A stretch of 64,000 nt of DNA, taken from the NCBI GenBank assembly GCA_964418675.1, contig CAYQMM010000004.1:88572-152571 (forward strand), given 5' to 3'. How positions within the stretch are numbered: position 1 is the first letter of the stretch; every line of letters begins with the position of its first letter. Shown piece after piece: positions 28,298-37,914 of the stretch. The notes under the pieces were generated by a model. It saw only the letters and a list, made by a program, of their open reading frames with translations. It was not told the origin of the DNA and made no database searches. The translations under genes were made by a program, and so were the position numbers. The stretch is from an uncultured Candidatus Bathyarchaeia archaeon. GTDB taxonomy: Archaea; Thermoproteota; Bathyarchaeia; Bathyarchaeales; Bathyarchaeaceae.

Positions 28298-28548
28298 TCC
28301 ATTTTCCCCTTCAGAACATCATTGCCTAAAATATGTTCCAATAGTACTCTTCATTAACCACTTTTAAGATTTTAGGATGATTCAAAAATGAAAATGGAAG
28401 GCGTAAAGCAACTACATGCACAGAAAACTGTGTGTATACTCTTAAATTTTAATTTCTAACTGAGGATAGGGGCTGAGGAAGCAGTTCTGCTTATTGGATG
28501 TTAATTCTTTTTTAAGCTGTTGAGGTATAGAATTGGTGGGTATGCAAC

Positions 28549-29577
28549 ATGAGTTTCTTGTCGGGTAAGGTTCCAACCGAAGTTTTGGAGGAGATTGTTT
28601 TCAAGAATTTGGGAGCAAAAAGAGAGGATGTTGTTCTCACTCCGTCCGTAGGCGAGGATGCGGCGATAGTTAGAGCTAGAAACACGATTCTTGCAATATC
28701 ATCTGATCCGATAACCGGAGCTGAAGAGTGGTTGGGATGGCTAGCAGTCCACGTAAGCGCCAACGACATCGCAACCCGCGGAATTCAACCCCGATGGTTC
28801 AACTCCATCATACTACTACCAGAAAATTCAACAACCAAACTCATTGAGAAGATATGCACCCAGATGGACAAAGCTGCACGCCAACTGAACATCGCCATCA
28901 CCGGCGGACACTGCGAAATCACCATGGGCATTGAACATCCCATAGTAGCCGGATGCGCCATAGGTGTTGCCGAGAACGGAAGATACGTGACCTCCAGCGG
29001 AGCAAAAGTAGGTGACCGCATCATCCTGACAAAAGGAACAGGAATAGAAGGAACAGCCATCCTAGCCTCAGACAGAAAACAAGAACTCCTAAAAATCTTC
29101 GACGAAAACTTAGTGAAAAAAGCAGAGAACTTCTTCGAAAAAATCAGTGTAGTAAAAGACGCCCTCACAGCCTTCAGAACCGGAGGAGTCTCAGCCATGC
29201 ACGACCCCACAGAGGGAGGAGTGGCAGGAGGATTGCATGAACTGGCTGACGCCGCAAACGTCGGCTTTCAGGTTTACGAGGAAAGAATTTTGATTCCAGA
29301 AGAGACACGTAAAATCTGTGCGTATTTCAAAATTGATCCTCTTCAGCTCATAAGCTCCGGGTCGCTGCTCATAGTTGCTGAAGAAGAGAAAACAGACGAA
29401 ATAATCCGAAGCCTGTCAAGAAATGATATTCAAGCCTCGCTAATAGGCGAAGTAACAGAGGCTGCATTGGGAAGAAACTTGATTACAAAAACGGGAGAAA
29501 AAACCGAGTTAACCAGACCCGTCAGCGACCACCTCTGGACTGCCCTCGCAAAACCAGATAAGACCCATCAAAGTTAG
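28549..29577 (+). CDS. AIR-synthase-related (HypE/ThiL/PurM superfamily) protein
   Basis: GEDAA, SSDPITG, NDIAT, ITGGHCE, MHDPTEGG, DPLQLISSG. Confidence 0.88.
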   Translation: MSFLSGKVPTEVLEEIVFKNLGAKREDVVLTPSVGEDAAIVRARNTILAISSDPITGAEEWLGWLAVHVSANDIATRGIQPRWFNSIILLPENSTTKLIEKICTQMDKAARQLNIAITGGHCEITMGIEHPIVAGCAIGVAENGRYVTSSGAKVGDRIILTKGTGIEGTAILASDRKQELLKIFDENLVKKAENFFEKISVVKDALTAFRTGGVSAMHDPTEGGVAGGLHELADAANVGFQVYEERILIPEETRKICAYFKIDPLQLISSGSLLIVAEEEKTDEIIRSLSRNDIQASLIGEVTEAALGRNLITKTGEKTELTRPVSDHLWTALAKPDKTHQS

Positions 29578-30638
29578 TTTCCAGATAGGTCTTGGCGTAA
29601 ATATTCTGCCAGATTCTTTATCCCCACAAGCTGAACCGCCACAAATCCCGCGGCCATTCTGAGCCAAACTCGTAGAATCTGTATAAGAACTGTTGCCGCT
29701 GCGCTGACGGAGGATTGTAGGGCAAGCAGAGTGTAGAGCCAAGTCATGGCTGTATCCACAACGCCTACTTCTCCGGGTATTCCAACGGGGATGGACTGGA
29801 TGCTTACGCTAACAGAGTGAACAACGATTATAATGACAAAATCAATCTGCTGACCGAGAGAAACGAAGACCAAGTAAGATAGGAATATGCTGAAAAACCA
29901 GCCAGTTAGTTCAGCTAGTATTGGTGGAATCAAACTCCTCGGTTTTCTGCGTAAAGTATCTATAGAATCATGGAAGGCACTTAAACTCGTTATTGCGCTT
30001 GCCCTATGGCGGTCAACATTCAAGCGCCCCCTCGTAATAAACCCCAAAAAACGCATCAAAGCGTCAATTAATCGTTGCGCCAGCCTCTCTTTTAGACTGA
30101 AGAGGAATATAAAAAACAGCGAGATGCTGATGCCAACAGTAACAAGTAAAATCAGAATTGAGACACCAACAGGAACCTCGATTCCGCGAATGTAGAGAAA
30201 AACAAAACTGAAAATTAGGCTGCCTAAGGGGATTATCATGGATAAAATTCTGTGACTTACAACTGACGCCAAAACTTTCCCTGCGTTTTCCCCTGACCCC
30301 TTAGTCATCAAATAAGCTTTGGTAGCATCTCCACTGATGGATTCTGCCGGCACCAAAAGGTCAACAAAGACGCTTATCAACGTGAATAGGAAAGTTTTTC
30401 GAAAGGGAAATTTTATCGAGAGGGAGCGAAGAAAAAACTGCCAAGACAGAGAATAGGATATCATATTTGCAAAGAGAACCGCGACTGCAAGGGCATAGTA
30501 GAAGAGGTTGACCCGCTGGATTATGGCTAGCATGTCAGGAATGCCGACGAAAAAGTAGAGGTATGCAACAAAGATCAGAATGCCTAATAGCAGAAAAGGA
30601 ACCGTTCTCTTCAGGGACAACTGCTTTTCAGAAACCAT
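29574..30638 (-). CDS. Flippase-like membrane protein (UPF0104 / LPG synthase TM domain)
   Basis: PAESISGD, IPVGIPGEVG, polytopic hydrophobicity. Confidence 0.8.
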   Translation of the reverse strand: MVSEKQLSLKRTVPFLLLGILIFVAYLYFFVGIPDMLAIIQRVNLFYYALAVAVLFANMISYSLSWQFFLRSLSIKFPFRKTFLFTLISVFVDLLVPAESISGDATKAYLMTKGSGENAGKVLASVVSHRILSMIIPLGSLIFSFVFLYIRGIEVPVGVSILILLVTVGISISLFFIFLFSLKERLAQRLIDALMRFLGFITRGRLNVDRHRASAITSLSAFHDSIDTLRRKPRSLIPPILAELTGWFFSIFLSYLVFVSLGQQIDFVIIIVVHSVSVSIQSIPVGIPGEVGVVDTAMTWLYTLLALQSSVSAAATVLIQILRVWLRMAAGFVAVQLVGIKNLAEYLRQDLSGN

Positions 30639-30727
30639 CAGCTTCCTCGCCCATCTTGAATACGAGCAAATAGAAGCTCCACCATATTATCTTTTACCCG
30701 ATTCCCCCCTCAATGAACGGCGCGTAT

Positions 30728-31969
30728 CTAGAGGTAATTACCCGATTTAACGCCTTTCAACCTTCCTCTGAAAAACACAATAACCAATGCGACAGTTAGA
30801 AATAATGGAAAAATAATCCAAGAGGAAAACTCCGGAATTATAGCTGGCTCCATAAGTGGATAGTTGTCTAGAATCTGTTCACCTACGATGTAGGGTGAAT
30901 CTCCTATCCCATCCCCATTAGAATCTTTTCCAGCGTAATCACTCCAATAGTTACCTATCTTACCGTTATCCATTGACCAGAAGTAGATTCTATCGTCCAA
31001 AATTTCTAGTTGTAGATTATTGTTCACGAAACTATTTTGATATGGAACAAAGGTTGTGACAATTTGCATGCCGACAGGATTGTCTGCAACATAGTTCTGG
31101 ACGAAAGTAAAATTAGAACCTTCGGTAACTTTGAGAGCGGGCCCACGGTTACCAATAATAACATTCCCGCGAACAATATTATTGGACCCCCAATCCTGGC
31201 TTATCCCTCTGCTACAATTAGATATTGTGTTATTCGCAACGATTGTTCCGATACTTGCGATAGAAATGCCTGCCCGGTATAGGTCACTGCCATCTCTCAC
31301 GGTGTTGTCATAGACTAGTTCATAATTGCTTGTTCCCCCAATTGCTATGGACCCTGTAACATTATTTGCAAAAATCTCGTCATATGAACCCGAGTCACTT
31401 CCTATCGCGCCATTATAGACTGTGTTTTTGCTGACAGAGGCATAAGTGCCCCTGCAAAAAACGTTTGCACCAATTAAGGTGTTTTCTGTAAATAGCTGAT
31501 TAGACCCTCTAAGGGCTACGCTAGCACCAAAAATATTTCCAGTTATTATTGCTCTATCTCCGTTTGCGCCAATCTCCCCACCATCACTATTTATAGTTAA
31601 ACCGGAAATTTTAACGTCGCTGGCTTCAATCGTGATTGGTTCAGCGTAATATGACAGCGGTGTGGTAATTATTATCTTGGTGATCCATTCTGGATGCAGA
31701 AACAACATGGTGGTTTCAGAATTTTCGCCCATCACTGTAATTGTCCTGTTAATAATCAGAGTTTGATTTATTGGGCCCTCATAGTTTCCTTTTTTTACAA
31801 ATATTGTGTCACCATCGTTGGCGTTTTCGATTGCTAAAAAAATGGTGGAATAATCATCAGGGACAACAATTGTTTTAGGCTCTGCCTTCACTACTCTAGT
31901 TTGAGGGAAAAAAACCAAAACAAGAGAAAAAACCATTAATACAACAAGTATTGATTTAAGGCTCTTCAT
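30728..31969 (-). CDS. NosD/parallel beta-helix surface protein with PEF-CTERM sorting signal
   Basis: Signal peptide, IVVPDDYSTI, GNYWSDY.G.DSNGDGIGD.PY, C-terminal IPEF + TM + basic tail. Confidence 0.85.
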   Translation of the reverse strand: MKSLKSILVVLMVFSLVLVFFPQTRVVKAEPKTIVVPDDYSTIFLAIENANDGDTIFVKKGNYEGPINQTLIINRTITVMGENSETTMLFLHPEWITKIIITTPLSYYAEPITIEASDVKISGLTINSDGGEIGANGDRAIITGNIFGASVALRGSNQLFTENTLIGANVFCRGTYASVSKNTVYNGAIGSDSGSYDEIFANNVTGSIAIGGTSNYELVYDNTVRDGSDLYRAGISIASIGTIVANNTISNCSRGISQDWGSNNIVRGNVIIGNRGPALKVTEGSNFTFVQNYVADNPVGMQIVTTFVPYQNSFVNNNLQLEILDDRIYFWSMDNGKIGNYWSDYAGKDSNGDGIGDSPYIVGEQILDNYPLMEPAIIPEFSSWIIFPLFLTVALVIVFFRGRLKGVKSGNYL

Positions 31970-32097
31970 TTTTGCTAAATAGCTAGCTTGGAATGAATTA
32001 AAAGCGTTTTTGTCAAGAAACCTTGACTAAAATGAACTAACTGCCTGTTCAAAAGACTTTTCGCATGAGCACATGAACTTATTAAGAATCAGTTACT

Positions 32098-33723
32098 TTA
32101 AAATTCAGGTTCTGTTTTTCCCAGTTTCTTGTCTAAGCATGCTTTGATGAAGCCGTAGTATTCTGGTTCTGGTTTGGTGGGTCTGCTCTTGAATTCGCCG
32201 TGGAACTGGGAGGCAAAGAAGAAGAATCTGCTGGTAACCTCCAGAATCTCTTTCCTCCTGCCGTCAGGACTGTTGCCCGAGAAAACCATTCCATTTTTCT
32301 CCAAGGCGCTCCAGTAGTCTGGATTGACTTCCCATCTGTGACGGTGACGCTCAACAATCTTGTCAACACCATAAAGTTTGTGAGCTATCGTTTCTTTCTT
32401 CACCAAAACTTCATGGGCGCCTAACCGCATAGTTGCCCCCTTCTTCTTGACATCCCGCTGTTCAGGCATCAGGTCAATCACAGGGTGAGGAGTCTCCGGA
32501 TTTATTTCAGTGCTGTTGGCTCCATCAAATCCACAAACGTTGCGGGCATATTCGACAACTGCCAACTGAAATCCGTAGCATACTCCCAGAAAGGGCACGT
32601 CATTTTCGCGGGCAAAACGAATAGCACAGATTTTTCCCTCGGTTCCTCGGGGACCAAAACCGTAGGGAATGAAGATGCCGTCGTGCTCCTTTAGAAGTTT
32701 TAAGCCGTCTGAACCTTTTTCTAGTTTCTCTGCCTCGATGTAATTTATCTGAACGGTTGTTTGGCAGGCGGCGCCGGCGTGTCTGAAGGCTTCGTTCATG
32801 CTCACGTAGCTGTCGACCAAGCCTGCATACTTGCCAATCAACGCTATCTTAATTGTATTCTGTGGGTTTTCGAAGCAATCTACAAATTTTTGCCATTCAC
32901 TCCAGCTTGGAGTCTTTTTTGGAAGGCATAATCGTCTGCAGACATAATCGCCCATGCCCTGTTCATCCAAGATGAGGGGAACTTGATAGATGGATGGAAC
33001 GTTGTAGGAGCAGAAGACGGCTTCTTCGGGAATTGTGCCAAAGAGCGCTGCCTTCCGAAGAGTTTCGGCGTCAATCATCTCCCTGCATCGGGCAACGATT
33101 GTGTCGGGCTGGATACCTATCCGCCGAAGCTCGTTTACGCTGTGTTGAAGGGGCTTGGTTTTCATCTCGCCCGTGACGTCCAAGATTGGAACAAGGGCAA
33201 CATGAACGTAGAGGGTGTTGTCGAAGCCATCTTCTAGCCGCATCTGACGAATAGCCTCCAAGAAGGGCAGTCCTTCGATGTCTCCAACTGTTCCCCCCAG
33301 CTCGGTGAGGACAATGGCGCTTTTTGATCGTTCTGCGACTATTCTGATGCGGCGTTTAATCTCGTTGGTGATGTGGGGAACGATTTGGACGCATCTGCCC
33401 AGAAAATCGCCCCGCCGTTCCCTGTCAATGACGGTCTGGTATATCTGCCCGGTTGTTATGTTGTTTTCTTTTGGCAGGTTGATGTTTAGAAATCTTTCGT
33501 ACCCGCCTAGGTCAAGGTCTGTTTCGCCTCCGTCCTCGGTAACGAAGACCTCTCCATGGATGTAGGGGTTCATGGTTCCAGCGTCAACGTTCACGTAGGG
33601 GTCAACCTTTATGACTGTAACGTCAAAGCCTCGAACCTGAAGCATCTTACCTATAGAAGACGTGGTGATTCCTTTACCAACCGAGGAGAGTACCCCGCCA
33701 GTTACAAAAATATACTTAACCAT
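32098..33723 (-). CDS. pyrG: CTP synthase
   Basis: KYIFVTGGVLSSVGKG, DPYVNVDAGTM, GVCYG, SQFHGEF. Confidence 0.98.
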   Translation of the reverse strand: MVKYIFVTGGVLSSVGKGITTSSIGKMLQVRGFDVTVIKVDPYVNVDAGTMNPYIHGEVFVTEDGGETDLDLGGYERFLNINLPKENNITTGQIYQTVIDRERRGDFLGRCVQIVPHITNEIKRRIRIVAERSKSAIVLTELGGTVGDIEGLPFLEAIRQMRLEDGFDNTLYVHVALVPILDVTGEMKTKPLQHSVNELRRIGIQPDTIVARCREMIDAETLRKAALFGTIPEEAVFCSYNVPSIYQVPLILDEQGMGDYVCRRLCLPKKTPSWSEWQKFVDCFENPQNTIKIALIGKYAGLVDSYVSMNEAFRHAGAACQTTVQINYIEAEKLEKGSDGLKLLKEHDGIFIPYGFGPRGTEGKICAIRFARENDVPFLGVCYGFQLAVVEYARNVCGFDGANSTEINPETPHPVIDLMPEQRDVKKKGATMRLGAHEVLVKKETIAHKLYGVDKIVERHRHRWEVNPDYWSALEKNGMVFSGNSPDGRRKEILEVTSRFFFFASQFHGEFKSRPTKPEPEYYGFIKACLDKKLGKTEPEF

Positions 33724-33767
33724 CAGCTTTGACCTCGCGATAACACAACCCTAAACTATGTTTCCCG

Positions 33768-34367
33768 TTAAAAATCCTTTCTAAAGGCAGAGTCTTTGCT
33801 TCGCCGTAAGGTAGCTAAAGCCTGTTTGCCAGCTTCTTTCATTGTTTTGCCCAGAGAAATAAACCCATGATTCTTTATCACGATTAGATTGTTATCTCCC
33901 AATGTCCTCAAAACCTCCTTTGCCAATTCTATGGAACCGGCTTCATGCTCCTCTTCCGTGATGGGCAGTTTAAGTTCCTTAGCATTCGCTATGATTGTGT
34001 CATTGTGTCCATGAAATATCGCATTTATCTCCTTCCGTGTCTGGTAGATTAGAAAGTGCATTACCGCCTCTGAGGAGGGCTGCCTCTTGCCTTCAACAAT
34101 AACGGTGTTACTCATTTCATCGTAACTTTTCACGTGAACAAAGCAATCATTGCCGAGGTTTTCTTTGCTTTTTAGCCCAGACGCAGTTATTATGAACCCT
34201 TCTTCTGATTTGAAGCTCAGGTTGCCCGTGTAATTTCCTTTAATCTCCGGAGTCAACTCATTCTTCTGGAAACTTTCACACCATTCCTTCAACTCTTCAA
34301 TTTTTGTATCGCTGGGAATTTCGTTGGAAACAAAAGTGATGTTGAATCTGATTTTTCCTTCTTTCAT
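33768..34367 (-). CDS. Class II aldolase/adducin family protein
   Basis: GNLSF, ITASG, PSSEAVMH, HGH, KNHG. Confidence 0.85.
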   Translation of the reverse strand: MKEGKIRFNITFVSNEIPSDTKIEELKEWCESFQKNELTPEIKGNYTGNLSFKSEEGFIITASGLKSKENLGNDCFVHVKSYDEMSNTVIVEGKRQPSSEAVMHFLIYQTRKEINAIFHGHNDTIIANAKELKLPITEEEHEAGSIELAKEVLRTLGDNNLIVIKNHGFISLGKTMKEAGKQALATLRRSKDSAFRKDF

Positions 34368-34396
34368 CTAATCACTTTACAGTTGGTTGGAACTAT

Positions 34397-35470
34397 CTAC
34401 AACCATTTTTTCCTTCTAAAATAAATCAGCATTATTACGCCGATGATGAGCATGACAACATAGACTAGGGGATAGCCCCAAGGTGACTTGAGTTCAGGCA
34501 TGTATCTGAAGTTCATTCCATAGATGCCTGCTATAAGGGTTAAGGGCATGAAAATTGTCGCAATAATCGTTAACACTTTCATGACTTCATTCATTCTGTT
34601 GCTGACGCTTGAAAGATAAATATCAAGCATCCCAGAAAGCATATCCCGAAACGTCTCTATTGCATCAATAACCTGAATCGTATGATCGTAAAGGTCTCTC
34701 AAGTATATGTAGATGGATTTGTCAATTAGCGGTGACTCCCATCTTTCCAGCCGACTGATCAACTCTCTTAGAGGCCAAACTGACTTCCGCAGAAAAATCA
34801 TCTCTCGCTTCAACATGTGAATTGTCTGTAAGGTTTCTGGCGACGGGTTCGAAACCAGCTTGTCTTCTATGTCTTCGATTTTTTCTCCAAGTTTTTCCAG
34901 AATTATAAAGTAGTTGTCAACGATGGCGTCGACTAGGGCGTAGGCAAGATAGTCTGCGCCCATTTTTCTGATTCGTCCCCTGTCACTTCTGATTCGTTCC
35001 CGGATGGGGTCGAATACGTCGCCTTTGCTCTCTTGTAGCGAAATAACGAAGCTTGGACCGAGGATTATGCTGACCTGTTCAATTTTCGTTTCGTTCTCTT
35101 CTTCGTCGTAGCGAAGCATCTTCAGAACGATAAAGATGTAGTCGTCAAATATCTCCAGTTTTGGGCGTTGACCAGTATTCATGATATCTTCAAGGACGAG
35201 GGGGTGTATTTTGAAGTGGGTTCCAATTTTTTCTATGTCTGCCAGTTGATGAATCCCATCCAAGTTTATCCATGTTGTAGTTGGCTTGTCCTTGAAGGGC
35301 AGAGTTTCCTCAATAGTCTCTACTTCCTTTTCTTGGAATCCCGCCTCATCATAATCGATGATTGTAATCGTTACCTTGCCAGTCTTCTCTTTCCCAATGT
35401 ACACTGGGGTTCCCGGTGGAAGACCACTCTTCTTTGAGCGCTTCTTGAGAAAACGACGCGTCACAAACAC
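34397..35470 (-). CDS. corA: Mg/Co transporter CorA
   Basis: HPLVLEDI..TGQRPK and GIYGMNF signature. Confidence 0.96.
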   Translation of the reverse strand: MFVTRRFLKKRSKKSGLPPGTPVYIGKEKTGKVTITIIDYDEAGFQEKEVETIEETLPFKDKPTTTWINLDGIHQLADIEKIGTHFKIHPLVLEDIMNTGQRPKLEIFDDYIFIVLKMLRYDEEENETKIEQVSIILGPSFVISLQESKGDVFDPIRERIRSDRGRIRKMGADYLAYALVDAIVDNYFIILEKLGEKIEDIEDKLVSNPSPETLQTIHMLKREMIFLRKSVWPLRELISRLERWESPLIDKSIYIYLRDLYDHTIQVIDAIETFRDMLSGMLDIYLSSVSNRMNEVMKVLTIIATIFMPLTLIAGIYGMNFRYMPELKSPWGYPLVYVVMLIIGVIMLIYFRRKKWL

Positions 35471-35525
35471 CCACTGCTCGGTTTCCCGCTAGGATATATT
35501 TATAATTTCTTGAAGCGGTGGATTT

Positions 35526-35654
35526 CTATTTCTTCTTTGATGCAGCTCTTTGTGCCCTTGCTTTGAAACCTGAGTTTTTTCCAGTTCGGTCAGAATGAGA
35601 TTGGATTCTAGATGCAGCTTTCGAAGTCATTTTTGAGCCTTTTCCTTTTCCCAT
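35526..35654 (-). CDS. 42-aa basic hydrophilic microprotein (SMP/LEA-like), absent from the ORF track
   Basis: Manual translation MGKGKGSKMTSKAASRIQSHSDRTGKNSGFKARAQRAASKKK*; G-rich RBS (GAAGGGGGGTG) upstream. Confidence 0.7.
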   Translation of the reverse strand: MGKGKGSKMTSKAASRIQSHSDRTGKNSGFKARAQRAASKKK

Positions 35655-35749
35655 TAGACACCCCCCTTCGATTAAAATTGTATATTCTATCTCTTACAAA
35701 AGAGATATATATTCTTTCTTACGATTTAATATGTTGTGGGTGGGTAAAA

Positions 35750-36646
35750 TTGTTAAACACCATAAATGAAATGAAACTGAAAATCTTATTGAAAGATCCC
35801 CGTGCCATAGCAATTGTTCGAAAAATTCCAGAGATGGAACGCGACGAGGTTATTGAAAAGTTTATTATTCTTGGAGAAATGGTTATTTCTCATGCTTCTA
35901 TATCTACACGTAAAGAGACTGTTGAAGAATTCTTTTCACCACTTAAATCAGATATTGAATTGATACGAGAGCAGCTAAAGCAGATAGTTCCAACTATCGC
36001 AACACCCGCAAAAAAAGGAGAAGTTACGGTCGAAAACATCTTCAAAAGTCTTAGAGAACACTTTATGGATGACTCTTTTGAAGACGTCTCAGTAATAGGA
36101 AAATATGCAGATATTTTAGCGACACCTGAAAATACCGAAACACCAATACTAATTGAACTCAAAGATTACAAAAACACAGTTCCTTCAAAAGAGATAGACA
36201 AGTTCTGGAGAGACATGGAACGACGAGGATCAAAATATGGAATTTTCATTTCAATGCGCTCAGGAATAAACAAATGCTCATCATGTATTAATCTAAAACG
36301 AAAAATGGACAAAACCGCAGTTTTCGTAGTGGACAGCGAACTAAACTGGTCTGGACACTTGTTCGCATACTATGTCATGAGGAAGTTGATTGAACTTGAA
36401 AACATTAAGAAAAGGGAAATCATGGGTAAAGAAATAGGCAAAATCTTAGCCAAAATAAATGCGTCCGTCCTAGAGCTTCAAAATCAAAATAAAATGATTG
36501 ACGAAATTCAAAATATTGCTGACAAACTAAGAACAACAAACAAAAAGAGATTAGATGAACTAATCAACATCTCTAATGAATATCAAATAAAACAAAGCCA
36601 AAAAATAAGTGACATATTAGAAGACCTTAGAAAGGTTGAACTTTAA
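35750..36646 (+). CDS. Coiled-coil protein with PD-(D/E)XK nuclease-like domain (RmuC/DUF2130/Mrr-like)
   Basis: ADIL...ILIELKDYKNTVPSKEIDKFWRD...GIFIS flanked by helical regions; start at TTG 35750 or ATG 35771. Confidence 0.6.
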   Translation: MLNTINEMKLKILLKDPRAIAIVRKIPEMERDEVIEKFIILGEMVISHASISTRKETVEEFFSPLKSDIELIREQLKQIVPTIATPAKKGEVTVENIFKSLREHFMDDSFEDVSVIGKYADILATPENTETPILIELKDYKNTVPSKEIDKFWRDMERRGSKYGIFISMRSGINKCSSCINLKRKMDKTAVFVVDSELNWSGHLFAYYVMRKLIELENIKKREIMGKEIGKILAKINASVLELQNQNKMIDEIQNIADKLRTTNKKRLDELINISNEYQIKQSQKISDILEDLRKVEL

Positions 36647-36664
36647 TGAAAACTTTCTGTCCAC

Positions 36665-37228
36665 TCATTCCAAAACCATGTCTGTTAATGTATTCTTTCT
36701 GACGCCCTTGGCAATTTCTTTTCCAACAAGTCTCTCTGCTATTTTCAAGGCAAAAAGCATCGCAGTTGCAGGTCCCCTGCTAGTTATTACGTTACCATCA
36801 ACCACAACAAAATCCTCCAGAACCTCACCCCCCTCCTTCTCCACCTCACTCTCCATGCCCGGATAAATAGTGCACTTCCTGTTTCTCAGAATCCCCGCAT
36901 CAGAGAGAACCGCCGGTGCAGCACAGATGGCAGTTACAAGCTTACCTGAATCAGAACTCCTCTTGATTATATGCAGCACTCTCTCATCCTGTCTCAGATT
37001 CTTGAAACCCGGAGACCCACCTGGCAAAACGATGGCATCAAATTCTCTCATTTGAACCTCTTCGATTGATTTGTCAGGGATGATTTTTATGTTATGGGCT
37101 CCTTCCACCAGATCAGGCAGCAATCCGGCAACCGTCACGTTTATTCCGCACCTTCGGAGAACATCGATGACAGTCACTGCTTCCATCTCTTCAAATCCCG
37201 GAGCCAAAATAACCAAAGCTTCAGCCAT
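36665..37228 (-). CDS. DJ-1/YajL/PfpI family protein
   Basis: GFEEMEA, LPGGSPG, AICAAP, TSRGPAT. Confidence 0.93.
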   Translation of the reverse strand: MAEALVILAPGFEEMEAVTVIDVLRRCGINVTVAGLLPDLVEGAHNIKIIPDKSIEEVQMREFDAIVLPGGSPGFKNLRQDERVLHIIKRSSDSGKLVTAICAAPAVLSDAGILRNRKCTIYPGMESEVEKEGGEVLEDFVVVDGNVITSRGPATAMLFALKIAERLVGKEIAKGVRKNTLTDMVLE

Positions 37229-37353
37229 CTTAATTCACCTTAGTATAATACTGACTGGAACCGCTTTAATGCTTTTAGCATAAAAAACACGGGAACAAGA
37301 CGTAAAGTATCTAAGAGGGAAATCAATTAACTCTAAGTGGAGCATCGATCATC

Positions 37354-37914
37354 ATGAATAAAGTTGAATCGAAGGGTCATTCGGAAGTTGCAACCCTCGC
37401 GAGCGGCTGCTTCTGGTGCGCCGAAGCAGTCTTTCAGCAGATTAAGGGTGTGGTGAAGGTTGAGCCGGGCTATACTGGCGGTTCAATGCTGAATCCCACC
37501 TACGAGCAGGTTTCAACTGGAACCACAGGACATGCAGAGGCAGTCCAGATAATGTTTGATTCTAGCGTCATATCTTTCAAGGAGATTTTGGAGATTTTTT
37601 TCGCTACCCATGACCCAACAACCCCGAATCAGCAGGGAGCAGATGTTGGTCACCAATACCGGTCCGCCATCTTCTATCATAACGATGAACAGAAGGCAAC
37701 TGCAGAGGAGATTATTGGAGAATTGACTGCGGAAAAAACCTTTGATTCACCGATTGTAACGGAGGTCAAACCCTTCAAAGCCTTCTACAAGGCAGAAGAT
37801 TACCACAAAGATTACTTCAAAAAGCATCCCCAGCAACCTTACTGCAGAGTGGTGATTTCGCCGAAGATTGCGAAGCTGCGGAAAAAGTTTCGGGACAAAA
37901 TCAGGAGCAGCTAA
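37354..37914 (+). CDS. msrA: Peptide methionine sulfoxide reductase A
   Basis: [26 protein letters not shown]. Confidence 0.96.
   Translation: MNKVESKGHSEVATLASGCFWCAEAVFQQIKGVVKVEPGYTGGSMLNPTYEQVSTGTTGHAEAVQIMFDSSVISFKEILEIFFATHDPTTPNQQGADVGHQYRSAIFYHNDEQKATAEEIIGELTAEKTFDSPIVTEVKPFKAFYKAEDYHKDYFKKHPQQPYCRVVISPKIAKLRKKFRDKIRSS

Noticed and set aside
28388-28459. 23-codon ORF MKMEGVKQLHAQKTVCILLNFNF
   Set aside because: Short, in AT-rich DNA, with no recognisable motif or clear RBS.
27340-28549. Provirus or integrative element at tRNA-Gln
   Set aside because: No integrase, no viral genes and no duplicated tRNA 3' end seen in the window.
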